A DNA stretch of 62,757 nucleotides, the filler included, from Eubacteriales bacterium (GTDB lineage: Bacteria; Bacillota; Clostridia; Oscillospirales; CAG-382): the NCBI GenBank assembly GCA_045636665.1. It is 7 parts of 7 records of this genome, joined end to end, with 100 filler letters (N's around TTAATTAATTAA, not from the genome) between each part and the next. Parts side by side here need not be neighbours in the genome. Positions count along the whole stretch, not along the records: positions 6,991 to 18,790 come from JAZTXY010000034.1; positions 18,891 to 36,288 come from JAZTXY010000035.1; 5 more parts are not named here. One strand, given 5' to 3'. Made by a program: the position numbers and the translations under genes. The notes beneath the pieces are model-generated. The model ran no database searches. It had not been told where the DNA came from and saw nothing but the letters and a program-made list of their open reading frames with translations. Each line of letters opens with the position of its first letter. Within the stretch, counting starts at the first letter, position 1. Shown piece after piece: positions 9,618 to 19,154 of this stretch.

Positions 9618-10745
9618 ATGTGGGGAACGCTTCGCACAATCGGTGTCTTCATTTCGGTCCCGATGGCGGTCTATTTCTTTTTCTTCATCAAGCGCGCATT
9701 AAATTTCTTCTTCCCTAACCTTAAAAAGCAAATTCTTTACGGTATTTCGGCTGCCTTGGGCGTCGCAATCGGCTTGACGGCAACCGATATTTTCGGCTTC
9801 CCCGCGGTTTTCCTGCTTCACGTTATGGTCTTTTCGCTTCTTGCGAGGCTTATCAATTTCATCCTCAAAAAAATCAAGGGCGGCAAAGCGGAAAAGGCAA
9901 AAATCTGGCAAATCCTTTACAAAAGCGGCGCTTTGACGCTGGCGATAACGCTTGTATTCACGGTCTACGGCTATATCAATCTTCACAACGTCGTTGCGAC
10001 CGAATATAAAATAACCACCGAAAAATCAATCCGCGCCGAGGGCTATCGCGTTATCCTCGTTGCCGACGTGCATTACGGCGTTTCGGTCGATGATGCCGAA
10101 TTAACGCGCATTTGCAAGGAAATCGAATCGTTATCGCCCGATATGGTCGTGCTTTGCGGCGACATTGTCGATAACAACACGACTGTGAATCAGATGAAAT
10201 ACGTTTTCTCGCAATTCGGCGCAATCAAAAGCGAATTCGGCACCTTTTACGTGCACGGCAACCACGACAAGCCCTTTAGCTTCGCAGGGTTTGAAAGCGA
10301 ATTTTCGGAAAGCCTGCTCACCTCGACGATAAAAAACAGCAATATCAGAATACTTGCCGACGAAGCGGTCGAAATCAACGATGATTTTCTGCTTGTCGGA
10401 CGCAACGACCTCAGCCAAAGAAACAGAATGCACGTCGACAAGCTGCTTGAAAACGCAGACGCAGACAGATTTATCCTCACACTCGACCACCAACCGCGCG
10501 ATTACGATAATATAGCGGCGTCGAAAACCGACCTTGTCATTTCGGGACACACCCACGGCGGACAAATTTGGCCTATCGGGCTTGTGCAGGAGCTGTTCAA
10601 TATGAATGACGAGGTATACGGTCACGGTTATTACGATGAAGACACGCAATTTATCGTAACCTCGGGCTTTGCCGGCTGGAAATACCCCATAAAAACCGAA
10701 AAATATGCGGAATATGTGGTGATAGATGTCGCTTCGCTTTCGTGA
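9618..10745 (+). CDS. Membrane-bound calcineurin-like metallophosphoesterase (YkuE/YaeI-like)
   Basis: N-terminal TMs; DVHYG, GDIVD, GNHD, DHQP, GHTHGGQ motifs; GGAGG RBS. Confidence 0.92.
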   Translation: MWGTLRTIGVFISVPMAVYFFFFIKRALNFFFPNLKKQILYGISAALGVAIGLTATDIFGFPAVFLLHVMVFSLLARLINFILKKIKGGKAEKAKIWQILYKSGALTLAITLVFTVYGYINLHNVVATEYKITTEKSIRAEGYRVILVADVHYGVSVDDAELTRICKEIESLSPDMVVLCGDIVDNNTTVNQMKYVFSQFGAIKSEFGTFYVHGNHDKPFSFAGFESEFSESLLTSTIKNSNIRILADEAVEINDDFLLVGRNDLSQRNRMHVDKLLENADADRFILTLDHQPRDYDNIAASKTDLVISGHTHGGQIWPIGLVQELFNMNDEVYGHGYYDEDTQFIVTSGFAGWKYPIKTEKYAEYVVIDVASLS

Positions 10746-10874
10746 AAAATTCTTCGAATTTTCCCCGTCTTTTGTGATGTTCGTTGCTTAATCCCTAAAA
10801 ATCTACGATTTTCAGGGGACCCATTCTCGCGCCTCGCTCACCGCTCGCGAACATCTAAGGTATAAAAATCCACG
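10744..10874 (+). repeat. 131-bp dispersed repeat, copy 2
   Basis: Inverted copy of 7600-7730; overlaps the stop codon of the upstream CDS. Confidence 0.92.
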
Positions 10875-11027
10875 GGGTCCCCGAAAACATTTATGTTTTT
10901 GGGGCAAAAGGCGCATGTCCCCGAAAAATATGGAATTTTCATGGGATTTATCGCTAACGCGCGCGACGCTCCAAGGAATATTTTTCAAAGGGAAGCCTTT
11001 TTTATTTGTTACGGCAACGGTCTGAAT

Positions 11028-11174
11028 AGCCTTCCCCCGAGGGGGAAGGTGGCAAAATCTTTGATTTTGACGGATGAGGGGTTCTTTACTACAAATATAT
11101 GAATGCAAAAGGAATTTCCCCTCATCAGTCAGTGCTATTTTACCGCACTGACAGCTTCCCCCCGAGGGGAAGCC
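11028..11174. repeat. Inverted pair of REP-like palindromic units
   Basis: AGCCTTCCCCCGAGGGGGAAGGTGGCA...GACGGATGAGGGG (11028-11081) faces CCCCTCATCAGTCA...TGACAGCTTCCCCCGAGGGGAAGCC (11118-11174). Confidence 0.85.
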
Positions 11175-11415
11175 TTTTTTCATCCGTTCCGTTTATGTCC
11201 TACGGTTGCGTTAAATCACTGTGCGTGACGGCGAGAATAGCCTTCCCCCGAACGGGGTCCCCGAAAAATATAGGATGTTTATGGGATTTGGCGCTAACGC
11301 TTTCGTGAAAAACGCAGGCATTTCGGGCGGAAATCCGTGCGGAAAGGTTTATGAGCGCGTGTGCTAACCGATAAAGCATATTTTGAAGACTGTATTTATT
11401 TACGGTCTTCTTTTT

Positions 11416-12330
11416 TTATCCGCTGTTTTCGAGCAAATCATCAAATCCGCGTGATAACGTAGTTGCTGTCAATTCGTCATCAATCGACGATTCGAAAAAT
11501 TCGGAACGGCTGTTGATGCTCGGCTGCGCTTTTTTAAAATCATCGTACGCGCCCGACAGTATCTTTTCGATATGCCCGATTATCCAATCGAAATCCGCCT
11601 TAAAGCCGTTCTTTTTCCTGCCCGTTAAGTGGTCGGACTTCTCTGCCCGAAGGAAGCATTCCCTTAAACGGTCAGCGCCGTATTGCTTAATTGCGCTAAC
11701 AAGCGATGCTTGTTGATTAAATGATAAAGAATTAATTTTTGTAAAAGTAGTGTTGTTGTTAAAAAAGTCGGTCAATAGCTTTTCTTCGCTCTCGGCTTTT
11801 TCTATCTCGCGCGCAGACGCGTGCTTTTCTGACTCTACTTCTACTTCTTTTTCTTTTTCTTTTTCTCTTTCTCTTTCTTTTTCTACTTCTACTTCTGTGG
11901 TGGGACAAGTTTGGGACAAATTTTGCGTATATGCCGAAACCGCTTCGGACGCAACCTTTTTCGCGCGGTATTCACGTTTTCTTTCACGCTCTCTGTCGCG
12001 CTTTTCCTGATCCTGCTCCTCGAACCAATCGAGTATTTCGATAAAGCCCTCGCCGTCGACCGAAATAATGCCGACCTTCTCAAGAATCGCCAACGATTTT
12101 TCAACCATATCGGTCGGCATATTGAATTCATCCTCGAAATCGGTGGATGTGTAGGGCGTTTTTTCATTAATATAAACTCTGCCGCCGTCGTTAAGCTCTG
12201 CCGCAAGGGCATAAAGTATCTGCCAAAGCCCAACAGTGGCGATTCCGTTTTCGGTTCTGTAAATCTTGCGTACACGTCTGTCGTGAAGTAACGAAAACGT
12301 GTGTGATTTGTACCATTGCAATCCTCTCAT
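11416..12330 (-). CDS. Phage replisome organizer N-terminal domain protein (orphan)
   Basis: QWYK...DRRVRKI...LW..L..LAAELNDGG.VY....PYT...F...VE..L..L...G.I...I.I.DW...Q; charged linker; C-terminal S..L.G....FKADFDWI....KIL.G.YD. Confidence 0.85.
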   Translation of the reverse strand: MRGLQWYKSHTFSLLHDRRVRKIYRTENGIATVGLWQILYALAAELNDGGRVYINEKTPYTSTDFEDEFNMPTDMVEKSLAILEKVGIISVDGEGFIEILDWFEEQDQEKRDRERERKREYRAKKVASEAVSAYTQNLSQTCPTTEVEVEKEREREKEKEKEVEVESEKHASAREIEKAESEEKLLTDFFNNNTTFTKINSLSFNQQASLVSAIKQYGADRLRECFLRAEKSDHLTGRKKNGFKADFDWIIGHIEKILSGAYDDFKKAQPSINSRSEFFESSIDDELTATTLSRGFDDLLENSG

Positions 12331-12391
12331 ATCTTTTGCCTTCCGTGTTTTATTACTGTAATAATTTTAACACACAAAGCACCGAAAATCG

Positions 12392-12435
12392 TCCCAACTT
12401 TATCCCGACTTTATCCCAAAAAAATCCCAAAAACA
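12392..12435. repeat. Four 11-bp-period iteron-like repeats upstream of the replisome-organizer gene
   Basis: TCCCAACTTTA / TCCCGACTTTA / TCCCAAAAAAA / TCCCAAAAACA starting at 12392, 12403, 12414 and 12425. Confidence 0.7.
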
Positions 12436-12583
12436 AAGCACTCTGCACAATAAAACGTGCGCTTTTTTGAATGTTTTGAATAAAAAACATCTGTCCGCCT
12501 TTTGCGTTCCTTTTATTTTTCCGCGGTTGTTTTATATCGCTATGCGTTGATAAAAAGCCTTCCCGTTTATATAGCTTTGCGAC

Positions 12584-12616
12584 AAAAAAATCCACCCCCA
12601 AAAGGGTGGATTTTTT
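12584..12616 (-). terminator. Intrinsic terminator after the acyl-CoA ligase
   Basis: AAAAAAATCCACCC-CCAAAA-GGGTGGATTTTTT. Confidence 0.7.
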
Positions 12617-12715
12617 CAAGGAAACCTTTTATGAAAAAGCTATTTTCGCGTTTGCTTTTTTATTCCCAAGCGCATTTATCATATTTTGTGACAAAATGCG
12701 TAATTTAACGATTAA

Positions 12716-14425
12716 TTACATGGGAGAACCGTCTTTTGCACGGCGGATTTTGTTTGTGGTGGTCTTTACAAACGGGGTTTCGCGGATGACAACGTTGGTT
12801 ACCTGCTTGTAGGTGGGAAGAGCCTCGAGCGCCTTGAAAACGTCGCGCTTCAATTTTGCTTCAAGAGCTTCCTTGCCCTCTTTTTCAAGCATTTCGGGGT
12901 CGACAACACACTGAACCGCAAGATTTTCTTCTTCGCCGTTTTCGTTTCTGTCGGCATAAACGATGTTTTCCAAAACGTAGGGGATACCGCCGATATAATC
13001 CTCAAGCTCTTCGGGATAAATGTTCTTACCGTTGCCGAGGATGATGATGTTCTTTTTACGGCCGGTGATCAAAATTTGACCCTTCTTGTTCAACTTACCG
13101 TAGTCGCCGGTACGGAAATAGCCGTCTTCGGTGAATACTTCCTTGGTTGCTTCCTCGTTCTTGTAATAGCCGAGCATTACAATATCGCCCTTAACGCAGA
13201 TTTCGCCTTCGCCGTCCTCGTTGGGGTCGTCAATGCGAACGGTAACGCAAGCCATCGGGAAGCCGACGGTTTTGGGGTCGTTAACAAAGTCGGTGTTAAC
13301 CGAAACGAGAGGCGAGCATTCGGTAATGCCGTAGCCGTTGGTTACCAAAATACCGATATTGTCGAAGAAATCGGCGATTTCGGCACGCAAAGGCGCACCG
13401 CCGCAAACGATTTTTTCAAGATTGCCGCCAAGCGCGTGGTGAAGCTCTGCAAACACCTTGCGTCTGATATCGATACCGATATGACGAAGGAAGCGGGTGA
13501 GCTTAATACCTGTCTGAACGGTTTTGGTCTTGCCCTTTTCCTCGATGCTCGCTTGCATTCTGCGGTAAAGAACCTCCATAAGCGCAGGAACAACGTACAT
13601 ATATTGCGGTTGATAAAGCGCAAGGTTTTTAACGATTCTCTTAAGGCTGTCGTTAATGCAAAGCGTTGCGTGGCGGTGGATTGCAACCAAAATACCTGCA
13701 ACCGCTTCATAGGAATGGTGATAAGGAAGCACCGAAAGACCAACGTCGCGGATGGTCGCAAGGCCCAAGCCGTAATGAACGAGCGAAAGAATGTTGTGCT
13801 CGGAAAGCATAACGCCCTTTGCAAGACCGGTTGTGCCCGAGGTGTAGATGAGCATCTTCATCTTTTGAAGGTCATCGTGCTTCATTTCGAGGAACGACTT
13901 ATCGCCGTTTTCGAAAAGCTCTTTACCCTTCAAAAGGAATTTGTTAAAGGAAAGATATTCGCCTTCATCCTCTTCACGGTCGAAGCAGATGAAATATTTA
14001 ACGTTGGGGATTTGGTCACGGATGCGCTTGAATGCTTCCTCGCGCTTTTTATCGCAGAAGATAATATCATCGTCGCCGTGGTTGATAATGTTTACAAGGT
14101 CGGAATCGGGAAGCTCCTTGTCAATGGGGCAGAAAACACCCTCGCTTTGAAGCGCCGCAAGGTAAACGAGTATCCAATTATAGCTGTTTTCGCCTGCGCA
14201 GGCAATGTGTCCCTGAGCAAAGCCGAGCGAATTTATCGCAGTGCCGAGCCAAAAAATTTCCTGCTGAAATTCCTTATATGTAACCTCGCGCACGCCCTCG
14301 CCGACAGCACGGAATTTATAAGCAACGGTGTCGCCCGCTTCACGCACTGCGTTTGCAACAAGGTCCTTAACGTCGCATACGGGAGTAAGCTTGGGAGGAT
14401 TTTGTCCGATCGCGTTTCTCATCAT
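12716..14425 (-). CDS. AMP-dependent long-chain fatty acid--CoA ligase
   Basis: YTSGTTGLAKG, GYGITECSP, GEICVKG..VMLGYY, FRTGD, GRKKNII motifs. Confidence 0.92.
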   Translation of the reverse strand: MMRNAIGQNPPKLTPVCDVKDLVANAVREAGDTVAYKFRAVGEGVREVTYKEFQQEIFWLGTAINSLGFAQGHIACAGENSYNWILVYLAALQSEGVFCPIDKELPDSDLVNIINHGDDDIIFCDKKREEAFKRIRDQIPNVKYFICFDREEDEGEYLSFNKFLLKGKELFENGDKSFLEMKHDDLQKMKMLIYTSGTTGLAKGVMLSEHNILSLVHYGLGLATIRDVGLSVLPYHHSYEAVAGILVAIHRHATLCINDSLKRIVKNLALYQPQYMYVVPALMEVLYRRMQASIEEKGKTKTVQTGIKLTRFLRHIGIDIRRKVFAELHHALGGNLEKIVCGGAPLRAEIADFFDNIGILVTNGYGITECSPLVSVNTDFVNDPKTVGFPMACVTVRIDDPNEDGEGEICVKGDIVMLGYYKNEEATKEVFTEDGYFRTGDYGKLNKKGQILITGRKKNIIILGNGKNIYPEELEDYIGGIPYVLENIVYADRNENGEEENLAVQCVVDPEMLEKEGKEALEAKLKRDVFKALEALPTYKQVTNVVIRETPFVKTTTNKIRRAKDGSPM

Positions 14426-14613
14426 AATCAAATTTCTCCTGATAATAAAAATTAATCATCGTTACGCAAAACATTATATCTGGTTTTCAAAACTATGTCA
14501 ATAGATTTTTAAGATTATTTTTGCGTTTTTTCGGGTTTTTTTGTCGGTTTCGTTGACAAGCTCACCTTTTTTTGGTAAAATTAGGGCAACAAAAGTTCTG
14601 ACGGAGCATAGTT

Positions 14614-15147
14614 ATGAACCTGCGAAACGACGAATTCAAAACCTTAACGCTGCCGAGGTGGGAGGATTTTCCCGCGTTCGAGCTTTATATCGACCAAGTT
14701 ATCAGCTTTGTTTGCGAAAATCTTAAAATTTTCTGCAACGACGATGAACCGCTTATCACCGCGGCGATGATAAATAACTACGTCAAAAACGGCGTGCTTC
14801 ATCCCCCCGTTAAGAAAAAGTATGACCGCACACACCTTGCAAAGCTTATCGTTATCTGCATCGGGAAGCGTATTCTTGCGCTTTCGCAAATTTCGGATGC
14901 TATCTCGGTTATGTCGCGCGGATATGATATTGCCGAGGGCTATAACATCTTCTGCGACGAGGTGGAATACGAGGTAAAAAGCATCGCCTTCCCCGATGAA
15001 TTTCCCCAAAAATCGATAACCGACGCCGAATCCCACAAGGAAGCAATCCTCCGTTCACTCGCTTCCGCCGTTTCGCGCGTTTTGGTGTTCGACCGATTTA
15101 TTAAGCAGCGCCACCGTCTGGCAAGCGTTGTTTTGAAGAATAAGTAA
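14614..15147 (+). CDS. DUF1836 domain protein (putative regulator)
   Basis: LPRWEDFP..ELYIDQV, IT.AMINNYVK.G.L.PP.KKKY.R.H motif; divergent from the acyl-CoA ligase. Confidence 0.88.
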   Translation: MNLRNDEFKTLTLPRWEDFPAFELYIDQVISFVCENLKIFCNDDEPLITAAMINNYVKNGVLHPPVKKKYDRTHLAKLIVICIGKRILALSQISDAISVMSRGYDIAEGYNIFCDEVEYEVKSIAFPDEFPQKSITDAESHKEAILRSLASAVSRVLVFDRFIKQRHRLASVVLKNK

Positions 15148-15160
15148 AAGAAGAATGTAT

Positions 15161-15213
15161 GCGAGAAAAACTTTTTGAAAAAAGTCTTTCTCGCGCTCTT
15201 TTCAAAAGCTTTT
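15161..15213. repeat. A/T-stem REP-like repeat (relatives at 15405-15463, 32048-32104, 56970-57001)
   Basis: GCGAGAAAAACTTTTT-GA-AAAAAGTCTTTCTCGC-GCTCTTTTCAAAAGCTTTT. Confidence 0.8.
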
Positions 15214-15501
15214 CAATATAATAATTATTTAAAGGACGATTTTCGAATCGTTCTTTTTTGTTTGTCCCCGCATACGAAACGCGTTAAATAAACATTCCGT
15301 AGAAAAATCGTAGAAAATTATGGGACGATTTTCGTGCGATAGGTATGGTATAATAAATAAAAACGACCGCAACAAATCGCGATCATTAAATAATAATTTA
15401 TATTGAGAGTTTTTGGGGAGAGAGTATGAGAGAGGGGCTTTTTGCAAAAAGCTCCTCTCTCATAAAAACTCATAATCAACTCACAAAATATAATTGCTCT
15501 T

Positions 15502-16728
15502 TCAAATCGACGTCCCTGCAACAAATGCAGTCGAAAATGCAATCTGTAAATTAAAGCCGCCGGTGTATGCATCTACGTCCATTACCTCGCCTGCGAAATA
15601 CAAGCCCGAAATAAGCTTCGATTGCATCGTTTTCGGGTCGATTTCCTTGCAGTCAACACCGCCGCCCGTAACGATTGCCTCGTCGATGGGGCGAGTGCCG
15701 TTTATACGCACGGGTATCGCCTTCATAAGCGACAAAATTTTCGCGCGTTGCTCCTTGGTAAGACAATTTATGCGAGTTTCGGGCGCGATTCCCGTCAAGG
15801 CAATAAACGGCTCGATCAATTTTGACGGCATAAGCGCCGAAAAAGCGTTTTTCAATTCCTTGTTGGGAATCTCCGAAAAATCGCGGAGAAGCCGTTTATC
15901 AAGCGTTTTTTCATCAAGCGCAGGCTTTAAATCGATATAAACGGAACACGGATACTGCCCCTGCAAATGCGCCGAGGCGGAAAGGATAACAGGGCCCGTG
16001 AGTCCGAAATGTGTAAACATCATCTCGCCCTGCTCTTTATAAATCGGCTTTTTGCCGTTTCCGTAAAAGGTCAGCCCAACGTTGCGAAGCGACAAGCCCA
16101 TACAATCTCTGCAAAGCTTGTCGGGTGACGTCAAGGGCACGAGCGACGGACGAATCTCGGTAATTTTATGCCCAACGCTTTCGGCGAGTCGGTGACCGCT
16201 TCCGTCGGAACCGGTTTTGGGGTAAGAAGCACCGCCGCAGGCGATAATTACGTTGTTCGCAAAAATTTCTTCGCTTCCGCAACGCACGCCCTTGATAACC
16301 CCGTTATCGGTAAGAAGTGCGGTTACCCTTTTGCGCTTGATTTCAACGCCGACGGTCTGTGCGGCATCAATAAGCGCTTTCGTAATATCGTGCGCGTTGT
16401 CGCTTTCGGGGAAAACGCGGTTTCCGCGTTCGACCTTGGTTTTAACGCCCAACGATTCGAAAAAGGCAACGGTATCCTCGGTGTTAAAACGCGAAAGTGC
16501 GCTCATCAAAAATCGCGGATTCGCAATAACGTTGTTCAAAAATTCCTCGTTATTACAAGCGTTTGTGACGTTGCATCTGCCCTTGCCCGTAATATCCAAT
16601 TTTTTGCCGCAGCGGTCGTTTTTTTCCAAAAGCAAAACGCTGTTTCCGCCGATTGCGGCATTATATGCGGCAAAAAGCCCTGCGGGGCCGCCGCCGACTA
16701 CAATACAATCATACGTTATCATAAACAT
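15502..16728 (-). CDS. HI0933/BaiN-family NAD(P)/FAD-dependent oxidoreductase
   Basis: GGGPAG, GKKL.ITG.GRCNVTN, GG.SYP.TGS.G.G, GE.MFTHFG.TGP, D.YTGGFNLQ motifs. Confidence 0.95.
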   Translation of the reverse strand: MFMITYDCIVVGGGPAGLFAAYNAAIGGNSVLLLEKNDRCGKKLDITGKGRCNVTNACNNEEFLNNVIANPRFLMSALSRFNTEDTVAFFESLGVKTKVERGNRVFPESDNAHDITKALIDAAQTVGVEIKRKRVTALLTDNGVIKGVRCGSEEIFANNVIIACGGASYPKTGSDGSGHRLAESVGHKITEIRPSLVPLTSPDKLCRDCMGLSLRNVGLTFYGNGKKPIYKEQGEMMFTHFGLTGPVILSASAHLQGQYPCSVYIDLKPALDEKTLDKRLLRDFSEIPNKELKNAFSALMPSKLIEPFIALTGIAPETRINCLTKEQRAKILSLMKAIPVRINGTRPIDEAIVTGGGVDCKEIDPKTMQSKLISGLYFAGEVMDVDAYTGGFNLQIAFSTAFVAGTSI

Positions 16729-17566
16729 CGTTTTCCGCCCAAATACGCTCCAAAATACCCAATCGGGCAGCGGTGCGTTCGGGGTCGCGCCTTCCTATTT
16801 CGTGAATGAGCGCGTTGATAAGCGCCAAGGGTGCCGTCAACGAATCGACAAAGGTATCGCTTGCGTTATCGGCAAAAAGAGTTATATCCGAAGTGCTTGC
16901 GATAGGCGAGCGCTTGCTGTCGGTAAGCCCCAAAACGGTAGCGCCTGCACGCTTTGCAAAATCAAGCACGTCAACGGTAAGCTTCGAGTATCTCGGGAAG
17001 CTTATGCCAAGCACAACGTCGCCCTCTTTCACACGGAAAAGCTGGTCAAACGCCTCGCTTCCGATAACGGTATGCACAACCTGAACGTTATCGAAAAGCA
17101 CGTTCAGATAAAAATTCATAAATATCGCAAGAGAAGCCGACGAGCGCGCGCCGACAAGATAAATTCGGTTCGCGTTCATAAGCGCGGTGACGAATTTGTC
17201 AAATTGCACCTTGTCGATGCCGCTTAAGGTCTTTTTGATGCTCTCAACGTCGGAAGCAAAGCTTTGCGCCAATGCATCCTCGCCGACGCGGTCCTTTAAA
17301 AGCTCAAGCCGTTGAACCGAGGTAAGCCGTCTTCTTGCCGCGTACTTAAGCGCCGCTTGAAGCTCGGGGTATCCGTCAAAGCCCAATTCGGTCGCATAAC
17401 GGACAATCGTCGATTCGCTCACGCCGACGGTTTCGCTCAATCTTGCCGCGGTCATATAAGCCGCAGTCGCATAATTCGACAGCAAATATTCGCCAATCTT
17501 CCTTTGTCCCTTCGAGCAGGACTCAAGCGATTCTTTTATTGTTTCGAGTACGTTTTTGTTTTGCAT
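16709..17566 (-). CDS. MurR/RpiR-family transcriptional regulator
   Basis: HTH (VSESTIVR...LGFDGYPELQ) plus SIS domain (ISFPRYS, LTDS..SPIA). Confidence 0.93.
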   Translation of the reverse strand: MQNKNVLETIKESLESCSKGQRKIGEYLLSNYATAAYMTAARLSETVGVSESTIVRYATELGFDGYPELQAALKYAARRRLTSVQRLELLKDRVGEDALAQSFASDVESIKKTLSGIDKVQFDKFVTALMNANRIYLVGARSSASLAIFMNFYLNVLFDNVQVVHTVIGSEAFDQLFRVKEGDVVLGISFPRYSKLTVDVLDFAKRAGATVLGLTDSKRSPIASTSDITLFADNASDTFVDSLTAPLALINALIHEIGRRDPERTAARLGILERIWAENDVYDNV

Positions 17567-17629
17567 ATAAACACCCGATTTAATACAACAAAAACGGCTT
17601 TTCCGCCGTTTTGTTGTCGATATTTTTAA

Positions 17630-18790
17630 TTAGAATCTGATTTTTTCTTCGATGTAAGCGCGTACCTCGGCGATGGGCATTCTGATCTGCTCCATAGTGT
17701 CGCGGTCGCGGATGGTTACGCAGTTATCCTCCAAGGAATCGAAATCGAAGGTAATGCAGAAGGGAGTACCGATTTCGTCCTCGCGGCGGTAACGCTTACC
17801 GATCGAGCCTGCTTCATCGTAATCGCAAGGGAAGAATTTGTTAAGCTCGTTTGCAAGCTCGTGCGCCTTTTCGCCAAGCTTCTTCGAAAGGGGAAGAACA
17901 GCCGCCTTAAAGGGTGCGAGTGCAGGGTGGAAGCGAAGCACTGTACGAATATCTTCGTTTCCGTCCTTGCCGATGTTTTCTTCGTCGTAAGCGTCAACGA
18001 GGAAAGCGAGAACCGAGCGTTCAACGCCGAGCGAGGGCTCGACAACGTAAGGAATATATCTTTCGTTCTTTTCCTGATCGAAATAGGTAAGGTCGTTACC
18101 CGAAACGTTTTGGTGCTGAGTAAGGTCGTAATCGGTTCTGTCCGCAACGCCCCAAAGCTCGCCCCATCCGAACGGGAAGAGGAATTCAAAGTCGGTAGTT
18201 GCTTTTGAATAGTGAGAAAGTTCTTCCTGTTCGTGGTCACGCAGACGGAGATTTTCGCTCTTCATGCCGAGATTGAGAAGGAAGTTGTGGCACTGAGTGC
18301 GCCAATAATCGAACCATTCGAGGTCGGTACCGGGTTTGCAGAAGAATTCAAGCTCCATCTGTTCAAATTCACGGGTACGGAATGTGAAGTTACCGGGAGT
18401 GATCTCGTTTCTGAAGGATTTACCAACCTGACCAACGCCGAAAGGAATCTTCTTACGGGTGGTTCTTTGAATGTTTTTGAAGTTAACAAAGATACCCTGC
18501 GCGGTTTCGGGACGCATGTAAAGCTCTGTGGAGGAGTCTTCTGTAACACCCTGGAATGTTTTGAACATCATGTTGAATTTACGGATATCTGTGAAATCGC
18601 TCTTTCCGCAGCCGGGGCAGGGAATGTTATTTTCACGGATATATTCAGTCATTTGTTCATTTGTGAGCGCTTCAACGGTCATCTGAATGCCGTTTTCTGC
18701 GTACCAGTCCTCGATGATCTTGTCTTCTCTGTGACGCATTTTACAAGCTTTGCAGTCGATAAGGGGGTCGTTGAAGTTAACAACGTGACC
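17630..18790 (-). CDS. glyQS: Glycine--tRNA ligase, homodimeric type (5'-truncated)
   Basis: [55 protein letters not shown]. Confidence 0.96.
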   Translation of the reverse strand, partial: GHVVNFNDPLIDCKACKMRHREDKIIEDWYAENGIQMTVEALTNEQMTEYIRENNIPCPGCGKSDFTDIRKFNMMFKTFQGVTEDSSTELYMRPETAQGIFVNFKNIQRTTRKKIPFGVGQVGKSFRNEITPGNFTFRTREFEQMELEFFCKPGTDLEWFDYWRTQCHNFLLNLGMKSENLRLRDHEQEELSHYSKATTDFEFLFPFGWGELWGVADRTDYDLTQHQNVSGNDLTYFDQEKNERYIPYVVEPSLGVERSVLAFLVDAYDEENIGKDGNEDIRTVLRFHPALAPFKAAVLPLSKKLGEKAHELANELNKFFPCDYDEAGSIGKRYRREDEIGTPFCITFDFDSLEDNCVTIRDRDTMEQIRMPIAEVRAYIEEKIRF

Positions 18791-18890
18791 NNNNNNNNNN
18801 NNNNNNNNNNNNNNNNNNNNNNNNNNNNNNNNNNTTAATTAATTAANNNNNNNNNNNNNNNNNNNNNNNNNNNNNNNNNNNNNNNNNNNN
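18791..18890. other. Artificial contig linker
   Basis: N44-TTAATTAATTAA-N44. Confidence 0.99.
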
Positions 18891-19103
18891 CGGCTTTATT
18901 TGGTGCTTTTGGGCGACGTTAACGGCGATACGCAGGTCAGCAAGCACGATTATCTGCTTATAAAGCGCACTTGCTTGAACACCTTTTCCCCGCTTAAGCG
19001 TCAATCGTTGGCTATGCGATTGTGCAATACAGACGAGGTTTCGGTTTACGATTACATTTTCTTAAAGCGTCACATTATGGGCACTTACAATATTTTCCAA
19101 TAA
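18891..19103 (+). CDS. C-terminal dockerin-like domain of a 5'-truncated protein
   Basis: LGDVNGDTQVSKHDYLLIKR...VSVYDYIFLKRHIMGT duplicated segment; frame open from contig start. Confidence 0.8.
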   Translation, partial: RLYLVLLGDVNGDTQVSKHDYLLIKRTCLNTFSPLKRQSLAMRLCNTDEVSVYDYIFLKRHIMGTYNIFQ

Positions 19104-19154
19104 ATGTGACATTTTAACCTTTTTTTCGTCTTGTATTACGGAAGGAGATTCACT

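Noticed and set aside
10812..11308. Short ORFs in the repeat mosaic (also 740-949)
   Set aside because: Translations of palindromic repeats, with no RBS or protein-like features
11840..11897. TTCT(T/A)C-type microsatellite inside the replisome-organizer gene
   Set aside because: Encodes the Glu/Lys/Arg low-complexity linker typical of this family, with frame intact
11416..12330. Prophage call
   Set aside because: Only one phage-type gene; no integrase, structural or lysis genes and no att pair on the contig
10744..12435. Possible CRISPR array
   Set aside because: No constant repeat with regular unique spacers, and no cas genes
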